Of a stretch of DNA of 64,000 nt, positions 19,217-28,343 are shown piece by piece. The DNA is taken from assembly GCA_963768695.1 (NCBI GenBank), contig CAVYJG010000022.1, forward strand, positions 255,301 through 319,300, read 5' to 3'. Both the position numbers and the translations under genes were made by a program. This DNA comes from an uncultured Acidobacteriota bacterium (GTDB taxonomy: Bacteria; Acidobacteriota; Terriglobia; UBA7540). How positions within the stretch are numbered: position 1 is the first letter of the stretch; each line of letters starts with the position of its first letter. The notes below the pieces were generated by a model. That model was not told the origin of the DNA and searched no databases. It saw only the letters and a program-made list of their open reading frames with translations.

Positions 19217-22200
19217 CTACGTCACATTGAGTGTGAGTGTCGTGCTGTGTTGCAGGGTGGTTGAACCGGAAATTGACCCCGTAACGCTTATGGTGTAGTT
19301 TCCGGCGGGCGTTCCGGAGTTGGTCGGTCCGCCGCCTCCACCTCGACCTCCCCCGCCGCAGGCGACGAAGAGCAGAGTGAGCAATGCGAGCGCAGCGATG
19401 GCCACCCTTCGTCCAACCTGCCAGGGCATTTCGAGGCTTGCCCGCGCTGGCGCTAGAGAGAGCCATGCCAAAAATGCCAAGAGAAGGATCGCGAACGTCC
19501 TTCCCATTTCCCGAAACGTCGGGCGACCGGGAAATGGCTGCGGCGGAACGCGCCGGTTACGGCGCGCCACAAGGGAGGGCGCAGTGGTCGCCAGGGTAAC
19601 GGCAATCGAAACCGACCCGGAAGCGCTGGGAGCGGCGGCGGAGGGATTAACCGTGCAGGTGGTTTCCGAAGGCGCGCCGGAACACGAAAAGCTGACGGAC
19701 TGGCTCAATCCGCCTAGCCCGCCCAGAGCGAGCGTGTAGGTGGCTGTTTGCCCGGGCGTGACGGTCGCCGTGGATGAGGATCCCGAGGCCGTTCCGAGGC
19801 TGAAGTCCTGGCCGGTGCCCGTCAGGTCCACGGTGTGCGGGCTTCCGGGAGCGTTGTCGGTAATCGTCAGCGCGCCCGCGCGAGCACCTGATGCCGTGGA
19901 CTTGAACGTGACGCTGATCGTGCAATTCGCACCTGGGGCCAGGCTCGTCCCGCAGGTGTTGGTCTGGGCAAAGTCACCGCTGGCGGCAATGCCGGTGAGA
20001 GTCATGGCGGAGATGCCGGAGTTGGCAAGGCTCACCGTTTGCGCGCTCGAGGTCGAGCCAACAAGCTGGCCCGCAAAGGTCAGGGTAGAAGGTGTAAGCG
20101 ACGCTTCAGGTCCGGCCTGAAGCAGCACGCTGACTGAATTCGAGACGCCGTTGGTCACGGCCAGGTCAAGCCTGCCGTCTCCATTAAAGTCGCGCGCCAC
20201 GATCGCGTCCGCGTAGCCTCCCACGGGAAAGTCCATGTTGGTCTGGAAGGTTCCATCCCCGTTACCGGGAAGAATGGAGACAGTCTCGCTGTAGTTATCC
20301 GCCACGGCCAGATCCAATTTTTTGTCGCCGTTGAAATCCCCGACCGCCACCGAGTCCCCGCCCACACCCGTGCGGTAATCGACGTGCGTCTTAAACGACC
20401 CGTCGCCGTTGCCGAGTAGGATGGAAACGGTGTTGGCAGACGGATCAGAATTGGCGACCACCAGATCGAGCTTGCCATCCGCGTTGAAATCAGCCAAAGC
20501 GATTGCGGCGGGGGACAACCCGGTTACGTATTGGACCGGAGATGCGAAACTGCCGTTGCCGTTCCCGAGGAGGATGGAAATATTGGTCGCGCCGTATCCA
20601 TTGGCGCTGGCCAAGTCCAGCTTGCCATCGCCGTTGAAATCGGCCACCGCAATAGATTCGGGGGGCTCCGAAAACTGTCCACCCAGCGAGTAGGTGGCCG
20701 AGGCTTGAAACGTCCCGTCGCCGTTCCCCAAATAGATAATCACTGCTCCACCTTCGTCGCCAAATGCCCCAACGGCAAGGTCGCGCCGGCCATCGCCATT
20801 GAAGTCGCCCGTGGCCAGGGTATTCAAAACAAAGTCTGGAGCGCCGGTGGAAATGGGTTGTCCGAAGGTTCCGTCGCCATTGCCTGGCAATACGACAATG
20901 CTGCCGCCCGAGCAGGTGCCACCCGAGGGGGGACAACCGGCGTTGGCGACCGCAATGTCCAGCTTGCCGTCACCGTTGAAATCACCCACCACCATAGCCA
21001 CCGGCGTGAGGTTCGCAGTCATGCCGGCGCCTATGGGATACGTCACCTGGGGTTTGAAAGTGCCGTCTCCGTTCCCCAACAGAACCGAAACCGTGCCATC
21101 CGAGTAATTAGCCACTACCAGATCTTCCTTGCCGTCCCCGTTGAGGTCAGCCATCGACATGCTCACCGGCTCCGTCCCCACGGAGAAATCCGTTTGCACG
21201 AAGGAGAGGGTACGCTTGGGGTTGATCACGTCGAACCCGACAGAATTCTGGGAAGTGCCGCCGGGAGTGGGATTAACAACCGTAACCAGGGGCGTTCCAG
21301 GTGTCGCAAGTTCTGAGGCCAGGATGGATGCCGTCAATTGCCCGCCATTAACAAAGGTCGTGGCTTGAGGCTTGCTGTTCCAGTTCACGATAGACTGCGG
21401 ACCGAATTCGTTCCCGGCCACCGTCAGCATCAACTGTGAGCTCCTGGCCATGGCCTCGGGAGGGGTAAGTTGATAAACATAAGGGGTCGAGTAGCTGGTG
21501 GTTCCTGTGCCGTACAGATCGACGACCGGCGAGTACGGCGCATTGGAAACGAAGGCCAGTGTTCCCGTAACCTGCCCGGCCGCCGCAGGAGTGAATGTAA
21601 CATTGACCGTGCAGCTTGCTAAGGGCGCTAGCGCGGCCGTGCAGGTATTCGTTTGGCTGAACTGACTGCTCGGAGTGATGCTCGTAATCGCCAGAGGCAA
21701 ATTGCCGACGTTCATAACGTTCAACGACGCAGGCGCGCTGGGGACGCCCACCAGATCGTTGTTAAAGTAGAGCTGCAGGGCGTTGAGGCCGATGCCCGCG
21801 GCAGCTTCGGTTCCCGATAGCGTGACCACGTTCGGGCTGTTCGACGCATAGCTTTGAATTGTCAGTGTTCCGTTGCCCGAGGTACCTCCCGAAGGCGTGT
21901 AAGTGACGCTGATGGTGCACGTCCCATTGCCGGGGATCGGCGCGCTGCTGCAAGTATTCGTCTGCCCGAAATCGCCCGTGACCGTGATGCCGATGACAGC
22001 CAAGGGGGTGACTCCTGTGTTAGTCACCGTAACGGTCTCGGGAGCGCTGGCCGTCCCGTATGGCACGTTCGCGAAAGTCAAACTCGTCGGGGACGCAGTG
22101 AGCGGAGCGCCCGTGGCCGTTCCCGCCAGGGTCACAGTCTGGGTGCTTCCCGCGTTCCCGTTGCTGTTGTCAGTGATGGTGAGAACTCCGCTGCGGCTCC

Positions 22201-24886
22201 CCGCTACTGTGGGAGTGAAAGTGACGCTGATGGTGCAGCTTGCTCCTGCCGCCAAGGAGGTGCCGCAAGTGTTTGTCTCGGCGAAATCGCCGGAAGTTGA
22301 AACACTGTCAATTTCCAGGGCAGCATTGCCGGCATTCGTCAGGGTCACCTGGATCGCGGCGCTCGCCGTGCCGACCGTTCCACGAGGAAAGTTGAGGCTC
22401 GTCGTTCCAAGCACTGCGATGGGGCCAATGCCGATGCCGCTCAGCGCCACTGACTGAGAGCCGGCAAGATTGCTCTCCCCGATGGTGAGGCTGCCCTTTC
22501 GGGTCAACGGAGCGAGGGGATGAAACTCCACGCTGAGCGAGCAGGTTCCGTCTGCGGCCACGGAAGTACAAGAACCTGAGACGCTGAAATCGGGGGTGGA
22601 AGAAATCCCGGTGGCCGTAAACGGGCCGCTCCCGGTGTTCGTCAGGGTGACGGTTTGAGGCGCGCTGCTCGAGCCCACCACTTGTCCGCCGAAGGTCAAG
22701 GCCTTGGTGGATAGGCCGGCCACCTGCGCGTGCGCATTCAGGTAAACGCTTGCGCCATTGCCGCCCACGATCAAATCCGTAACGCCGGCATCCCTGAAGT
22801 CACCCGAGGCAAGCACGTTTCCCGCTGCCGCGTACTGGTTCTGGGGCGCCTGAAAAGTCCCGTCGCCATTGCCCATCAAGAAATACAAGATCTCCCCCGC
22901 GCTGCTAAGCACCGCAACGTCCGGCACGCCGTCGCCATTGAAGTCACTTACCACTACAGAGGAAGCCGCATTACCCGCCGCATAGGTCACCGCAGGCTGG
23001 AATGTGCCATCTCCATTGTTCAAGAGTATCGCGACGCCGCTGCCGCTCGCGACCAACAAGTCGAGCTTGCCGTCACCGTTGAGGTCGGCAGCGGCTAACG
23101 AGGACGGATTGTTAGCGACCGCGTGGGTAGCCGCCTGTTCGAAAGTTCCGTCGCCGTTGCCGAGGAGTACATCGATCGTCCCTCCCGTGTTGCACAGTGC
23201 CAGGTCGAGCTTGCCATCGCCGTTGAAGTCGCCTGCCACGATGGCGTTCATCTGCCCGCCTAAGCTCAGGATCGAGGCAGGTCCAAAGGTACCATCGCCG
23301 TTCCCAAGGAGGATACTCAGTCCGCCCCCGGACTGGTTTGCGACGGCCACGTCCCCTATACCGTCGCCGTTGAAATCGCCAACTGCAACGGAGGTGGGAG
23401 AGGCGCTGGTTGCGTACGGGACCCCAGGCTGAAATGTTCCGTCGCCATTGCCAAGGAAGATGCTGACGGTGCTTTCATTTTCGTTGGCAACCACCAAGTC
23501 CGGAATGCCGTCGCCATTCAAATCGCCGGTCCTTACTGAAGCCGGCGACCCGGTAGGGTAGGTCACTGGCGTGGCAGGGAACGTTCCGTCACCGTTGCCG
23601 AGGAAAACGCTCAGAGTGTCGGCAGAGAAATTCGCCGTGACATAATCCAGCTTTCCATCGCCGTTGAGATCACTGACTGCTACCGAAAACGGTTGTATGT
23701 TCGGCTGATAAGTGACCGGAGCCGGAAAAGTGCCGTCGCCTTTGCCCAGGAATACCTGCAGCCCCCCAGCGCCGGTGCTGACGAAATCCAACTTGCCGTC
23801 ACCATTAAGGTCGCCAACTGCCGATGTCACGCCGCCGCCGGCGTAAGTCAGTGGCGCCAGGAAAGTGCCGTCGCCGTGGCCGATCATAACGGCGGTGACG
23901 TTCGGGGGACAAGACACCACCAAGTCCGGCTTGCCATCACCGTTGAAGTCGCCCACGGAAACAAAAGAGCCTCCTGCAATGTTGTAGTCAGTTGGAGTTT
24001 GAAACGTAGCGTCCCCATTCCCAAGCAGAACTTCTACGGCGTTACTGTACGCGGCCACGATATCGAGCTTGCCGTCGCCGTTGAGGTCAGAAAGGGTTAT
24101 TGTCGCACCCTCGCCTACTCCGAATATCTTGGGAGTTTGAAACGTTCCGTCGCCATTGCCTAAGAGCACGGCGAAACCAGAGAAGAAGGTGTTGCCGTTG
24201 GAGCCTCCGCTCAGTACCAAATCCAATTTGCCGTCACGGTTCACATCGCCAACAGCTACGGAGCTGGGGCTAGAGGGTAGTGTAACGTTATTGTTCAGTT
24301 TAAATGTGCCGTTCCCCTGGTTCAGCAAGATGGTAACGTAATTGGCAAAGCTGTTCACCACGACGACGTCCGGCTTGCCGTCGCCGTTGAAGTCTCCGAC
24401 GGCTAAGCTGATGGGAGCGGCGCCGTTGGTGTAATTGGCAGCCGCCTGAAAGGTCCCGTCGCCGTTGCCGAAGAACACATTGATGCCCGCAGGGGTGGAA
24501 CTCGAACCCGGGTTGGCCACTACTAAGTCCAATTTGCCGTCGCCGTTGAAGTCCGCCACCGCGACCGATTGCGAGCCCGAGTCCGTGGCGTAGCTGACCG
24601 GCGTTTTGAACGTGCCGTCCCCGTTTCCAAGCAGAATGCTGACCGCACCGGCCCCCGATCCCCCTGGCGGGGCATTCGTCACGGCGGCATCCATTATGCC
24701 GTCGCCATTGAAATCCGCGAGCACCACGGAATAAGGGTTGGAGCCGGCGGGATAATTCGGAGGCACGACCAGGAGATTACTCGTCTGAGCGCGGGCGGCC
24801 GCGCTCAGCAAGACAACGGTGAGAAGCGAAAGACCCGTTCGAGAGAAGAAGAATGTGGAAGTAACGTTGCTTTGATGGCTCAGCAT
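19217..24886 (-). CDS. Giant secreted FG-GAP/VCBS-repeat protein with Ig-like (choice-of-anchor-D-like and IPT-like) domains and a C-terminal TM-hairpin/lipobox module
   Basis: 1889-aa ORF with a signal peptide. Two blocks hold dozens of DFNGDGKLDL..GNGDGTF repeats. Between and after them lie repeated Ig-like units (FG.V.VG..S...TVTLTN.G...L.I.....GDF..TN.C...L..G.SCTI.V.F.P). C-terminal module: see findings. Confidence 0.9.
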   Translation of the reverse strand: MLSHQSNVTSTFFFSRTGLSLLTVVLLSAAARAQTSNLLVVPPNYPAGSNPYSVVLADFNGDGIMDAAVTNAPPGGSGAGAVSILLGNGDGTFKTPVSYATDSGSQSVAVADFNGDGKLDLVVANPGSSSTPAGINVFFGNGDGTFQAAANYTNGAAPISLAVGDFNGDGKPDVVVVNSFANYVTILLNQGNGTFKLNNNVTLPSSPSSVAVGDVNRDGKLDLVLSGGSNGNTFFSGFAVLLGNGDGTFQTPKIFGVGEGATITLSDLNGDGKLDIVAAYSNAVEVLLGNGDATFQTPTDYNIAGGSFVSVGDFNGDGKPDLVVSCPPNVTAVMIGHGDGTFLAPLTYAGGGVTSAVGDLNGDGKLDFVSTGAGGLQVFLGKGDGTFPAPVTYQPNIQPFSVAVSDLNGDGKLDYVTANFSADTLSVFLGNGDGTFPATPVTYPTGSPASVRTGDLNGDGIPDLVVANENESTVSIFLGNGDGTFQPGVPYATSASPTSVAVGDFNGDGIGDVAVANQSGGGLSILLGNGDGTFGPASILSLGGQMNAIVAGDFNGDGKLDLALCNTGGTIDVLLGNGDGTFEQAATHAVANNPSSLAAADLNGDGKLDLLVASGSGVAILLNNGDGTFQPAVTYAAGNAASSVVVSDFNGDGVPDVAVLSSAGEILYFLMGNGDGTFQAPQNQYAAAGNVLASGDFRDAGVTDLIVGGNGASVYLNAHAQVAGLSTKALTFGGQVVGSSSAPQTVTLTNTGSGPFTATGISSTPDFSVSGSCTSVAADGTCSLSVEFHPLAPLTRKGSLTIGESNLAGSQSVALSGIGIGPIAVLGTTSLNFPRGTVGTASAAIQVTLTNAGNAALEIDSVSTSGDFAETNTCGTSLAAGASCTISVTFTPTVAGSRSGVLTITDNSNGNAGSTQTVTLAGTATGAPLTASPTSLTFANVPYGTASAPETVTVTNTGVTPLAVIGITVTGDFGQTNTCSSAPIPGNGTCTISVTYTPSGGTSGNGTLTIQSYASNSPNVVTLSGTEAAAGIGLNALQLYFNNDLVGVPSAPASLNVMNVGNLPLAITSITPSSQFSQTNTCTAALAPLASCTVNVTFTPAAAGQVTGTLAFVSNAPYSPVVDLYGTGTTSYSTPYVYQLTPPEAMARSSQLMLTVAGNEFGPQSIVNWNSKPQATTFVNGGQLTASILASELATPGTPLVTVVNPTPGGTSQNSVGFDVINPKRTLSFVQTDFSVGTEPVSMSMADLNGDGKEDLVVANYSDGTVSVLLGNGDGTFKPQVTYPIGAGMTANLTPVAMVVGDFNGDGKLDIAVANAGCPPSGGTCSGGSIVVLPGNGDGTFGQPISTGAPDFVLNTLATGDFNGDGRRDLAVGAFGDEGGAVIIYLGNGDGTFQASATYSLGGQFSEPPESIAVADFNGDGKLDLASANGYGATNISILLGNGNGSFASPVQYVTGLSPAAIALADFNADGKLDLVVANSDPSANTVSILLGNGDGSFKTHVDYRTGVGGDSVAVGDFNGDKKLDLAVADNYSETVSILPGNGDGTFQTNMDFPVGGYADAIVARDFNGDGRLDLAVTNGVSNSVSVLLQAGPEASLTPSTLTFAGQLVGSTSSAQTVSLANSGISAMTLTGIAASGDFAQTNTCGTSLAPGANCTISVTFKSTASGARAGALTITDNAPGSPHTVDLTGTGQDFSLGTASGSSSTATVTPGQTATYTLALGGLGGLSQSVSFSCSGAPSETTCTVNPSAAAPSASGSVSIAVTLATTAPSLVARRNRRVPPQPFPGRPTFREMGRTFAILLLAFLAWLSLAPARASLEMPWQVGRRVAIAALALLTLLFVACGGGGRGGGGGPTNSGTPAGNYTISVTGSISGSTTLQHSTTLTLNVT

Positions 24887-24978
24887 GGGATTGGCCCGTC
24901 TTTAATAACTCATGTCGAAGATAGTCTCGTGGCGACCAGCGGCTTGGCCGCTCATCGTCTTCCCTCTCCGCTGGAATC

Positions 24979-25053
24979 GTAGGGGGACGGCTTGCCGTCC
25001 CCTGATCGAGACCGGAGTAAGGTCGCGACGAGGCGTAGGGCAAGCCCTACCCC
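24979..25053. repeat. Two-hairpin GC-rich REP-like module (copy 2)
   Basis: gtagggggacggcttgccgtcccc ... gtagggcaagccctacccc. This is the reverse-complement arrangement of the module at 11838..11908, with a different spacer. Confidence 0.75.
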
Positions 25054-25076
25054 AGCAGTGCGGCAGCGACCCCAAG

Positions 25077-27184
25077 CTAGCTCACGTTCAGAGTGAGAGT
25101 CATACTGTGGCTCAAGGCAGCAGAACCCGAACCCGTGCTGCCCGTTATGGTCAACGTATAGCTACCCGCTGGCGTGCCGGGATTGGTGGTCGTGCCACCT
25201 CCTCCACATGCGGCCATCAGCAGAGTGAGAAGCAGGGCCACGGCCAGAATGAGAAAGCGGGTCCGCTGCCTGGTCCCCACTTGTTTCCACCTCAGCGCCA
25301 GACCCAACAAGAACGCAACAAGGAGCAGCAGGCCCTTGGGCGCAGGCGAGGCCGGAGGGGACGGACGAAAACCCCGCGGTGAGAGGGTCGATGCGGCGGT
25401 GGTGGATACAGAAACCGTTACGTTCGTCGCGCTGCTGCCGAGCGTGGCGGAACTCGGAGAAATCGTGCAAGCGGCCTCGGAGGGCGCGCCAGCGCAGGTG
25501 AAATTAACCGCCTGGTTCAAACCGCCCAGCCCGTCGAGCGCTAAGGTGTAGGTGGCTGTCTGGCCTGGGTTCACAGTGGCCGTAGTGCCCGAACCAGAAG
25601 CGGCCGCAAGGCTGAAGTCCATTCCCGTTCCGCTCAGGTTGAGGGATTGCGTGCTGCCCGACACGCCGTTGTTATTGTCGGTAATAGTCAGCGATCCGGT
25701 GAGGCTCCCTCCCGCTTTGGGAGTGAAGGTGACTTTGACGGAGCAAGAAGAGCCGGCGGGGAGGCTCGAACCGCAATTGTTAGTCTGGCTGAAGTTGCCG
25801 GTTACGGCGATCTTGCTGACGGTGAGAGCCATGCTGCCGTTGTTGCTCAGGCTCACCGCTTGGGCATCGGAGGTAGTGCCGACAAGCTGGCCAGAGAACT
25901 TCAAAGAAGCCGGCGAGAGGCTCGCCGACGGCGAGGCACCCGTTCCACTCAAGGCTACCGTCTGCACGCCGCCGGTTCCATTGTCGGTGATCGAGAGCGC
26001 TGCCGTGCGGTTTCCTGCGGCCGAAGGAGTGAAGATCACCGCCACAGTGCAGGTCCCATTGGGCTTGACCGCGGCAGATGAACAGGCATCGGCGCTTTTC
26101 GAGAAGTCGCTCGCATTGGCGCCGCTAATCGTAATGCTGCCGACGATCAGATTCGTCGAACCAGTGTTGGTGACGGTTATCGTGCTCGGCGGACTGCTCG
26201 CGCCGACTGGTTGAGAGCCAAACGACAGCGCGGTTGGACTGATCGATAGCTGGGTCGGTGAGCCGATGAACACCGTTAAAGGCGAGGATGCGCCACCTCC
26301 GGGCGCCGGATTCACTACCGTAACCTGGGCCGACCCCGCGGAGGCGATGTCTGCCCGGGAAATGTAAGCGGTCAATTGAGTGGCGCTCTGGTAGGTCGTG
26401 GTGCGGGGTGAGCCGTTCCAGTCCACCTCAGCGCCGCGGACGAAGTTGCTTCCGATTACGCTCAGCAAGAAGTTGGGACCGCCGGGTGTGACGGTTGAGG
26501 AGCCCAATGATGTAAGCTTTGGCGCGGGATTGTTCGCGGTTGACGGAAGCGCCATGCTGCTGCGGAAGGTAATGAACTGGTTGCTGGAGGGAGTACTCAC
26601 AAAGTTGCTCGCAAACATTGCGAATCCGTCGTTGCCCCACCGCACCAAGTCTTCGAGTTCCGGCTGGAACACCGCCGGAAACGCGAGACTTCCCGTCAGG
26701 TTGAGGTTGGTTTGGTCGTATGCGCACACCCCACCGGCTGCGGTCACACAGGAAGATTCCGTATCAAGAAAGAACGTGCGTCCCAAAGAGTCGTCAGGAA
26801 TAACACTTTGCGTATCCCACGGGGCGGGATTGTAAGTTCCAATCTGCGCCTGAGTGGAAGGGTTCCAGATCTGGCCGTTCTGTGTGTAAAGCAGCGAGCC
26901 GTCGGAGACCACCAGATCGCCGCTCGCTACGGTGGTCCCGCCGGGCGTGAACGGAGCTTGCGTGTATTGAAGCCCGGAACTCCCCAACGTGATCACAGGA
27001 AAGAACCCCCCGTATAACGCGCTAGCAGGCAAGGCGTAAATTACCGGCGGTGTGCCCGCGAAGGCGAAGCTGTCAACCATGAGGGATACGGGATAAGCGT
27101 TCACTCCAGGTATCCAATTGATCAGGCCAGTGTTGTTGAACGCCGCCATGCCGTCTTCGTCGGGATCGACACCTGGCGCTATTA
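25077..27184 (-). pseudogene. 3' (C-terminal) portion of a giant SBBP/Ig-domain surface protein gene split by an IS630-family insertion
   Basis: The 706-aa ORF has its first residues (MRGCI) read from the IS end. From IAPGVDPDEDG onward it is in frame with the upstream fragment once the IS is removed. It contains IPT-like and choice-of-anchor-D-like domains and the same C-terminal module as 19217..24886. Confidence 0.85.
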
Positions 27185-27253
27185 TACATCCGCGCATAAT
27201 TAAAGGGACATTGACCGCCCCTGTATGGCATACTTCTCGCAGGAGGAGTAGCC

Positions 27254-28311
27254 ATGCTTCCTCGCCTGCTGCGGTTGCATCCGTTGACCTATCGCCGGTT
27301 GATCCGATTGAGTAAGGAGGCGGAGCAGGAAGGTGCGTACCGCGTGGCGAAACGCCTGCAGGCGGTGGTCCTGAATTCCGAAGGCCGGACCAGCGGCGAT
27401 CTGGCCAGAATTCTGAAGGCGCCGCGCTCCAAGGTGTCCGAGTGGTTGGCTCGCTATCAGGCGCACGGCGTCGAGGGCCTCCTGGAAGGTTACCGGTCCG
27501 GACGGCCCGCGCGCTTGAGCGAGGCCCAGCACCGCCGCCTCGGCGACATCCTCGATAGCGGCCCGGTGGCTTATGGGTTGGACACCGGGATCTGGACTTC
27601 GCCGATGATCGCCTGGGTGGTCGAAGAAGAGTTCGGCGTCGTCTACCATCCTGGCCACGTGCGCAAGTTGCTTCATGACCTGGGTTTCTCCGTGCAGCGG
27701 CCCCGCCGGGTGCTGGCCCGTGCCGACCGCCACCAGCAGGACCGCTGGCATCGCTACCTTTATCCCCGACTTAAAAAAAAGCCCGCACCGAGAACCGAGC
27801 GCTGATTTTTACCGACGAAGCCAGTTTCCGTCAGGACTCCACCCTGCACGCTACCTGGAGCCGGCTCGGCCATCCGCCCGAGATCCCCGTCACCGGCGAA
27901 CGCAAGAGCGTGAAGATCCTGGGCGCTATCGAGCTCTGGACTGCCCGCTTCCACTATGGCCAAGCCCCCGTCTTCAATGCTTCCACCTACCTGGATTTCC
28001 TGCATCGCCTGGCCCCTCATTATCGCCGCCGCGGTGCCATTCTCATTCAAGACAACGCCTCGTATCATAAGGACTCCGAGGTCTGGAGCTGGTTCAAGTC
28101 CAACCGCCACTGGCTGGAAGTCCACCAACTCCCGCCCTACTCGCCCGATCTCAACCCCACCGAGCGGCTGTGGCAATACACCCGCAAAAATGGAACTCAT
28201 GATCGCTACTTCGCCAGCCAAGGCGAACTGGTCGCCACTTTGACCCGGGTCTTCGCGGATATGCAATCCTACCCTGAGCTGATCCGACCCAGGCTGCTGC
28301 CTTTTTGCTAG
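27254..28311 (+). CDS. IS630-family DDE transposase, needs a -1 shift in an A8 run to be made as one protein
   Basis: Frame 1 (27254..27805) encodes HTH domains. Frame 2, entered at A8, reads KKARTENRALIFTDEASFRQD...ILIQDNASYHKD...LPPYSPDLNPTERLW, which supplies the D, D and E catalytic residues. Confidence 0.85.
27773..27780 (+). promoter_or_regulatory. A8 slippery run: candidate programmed -1 frameshift / transcriptional slippage site of the IS630 transposase
   Basis: cttAAAAAAAAgcc. Frame 1 stops 25 nt downstream (stop codon 27803..27805). The -1 frame is open from 27775 and continues into the DDE domain. Confidence 0.6.
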
Positions 28312-28343
28312 CCATCATGTCCCTTTAATTATGCGCGGATGTA

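Larger units (their letters stand above)
27185..28343 (+). mobile_element. Complete IS630-family insertion sequence (1159 bp) with 27-bp terminal inverted repeats and a TA target duplication
   Basis: The left IR tacatccgcgcataattaaagggacat (27185..27211) is the exact reverse complement of the right IR (28317..28343). TA lies at 27183..27184 and 28344..28345. Internal two-frame DDE transposase. Confidence 0.9.

Noticed and set aside
19600-24800. Strong DNA-level periodicity throughout the giant gene.
   Set aside because: It is fully explained by the coding FG-GAP and Ig-like protein repeats. It is not an independent repeat element.
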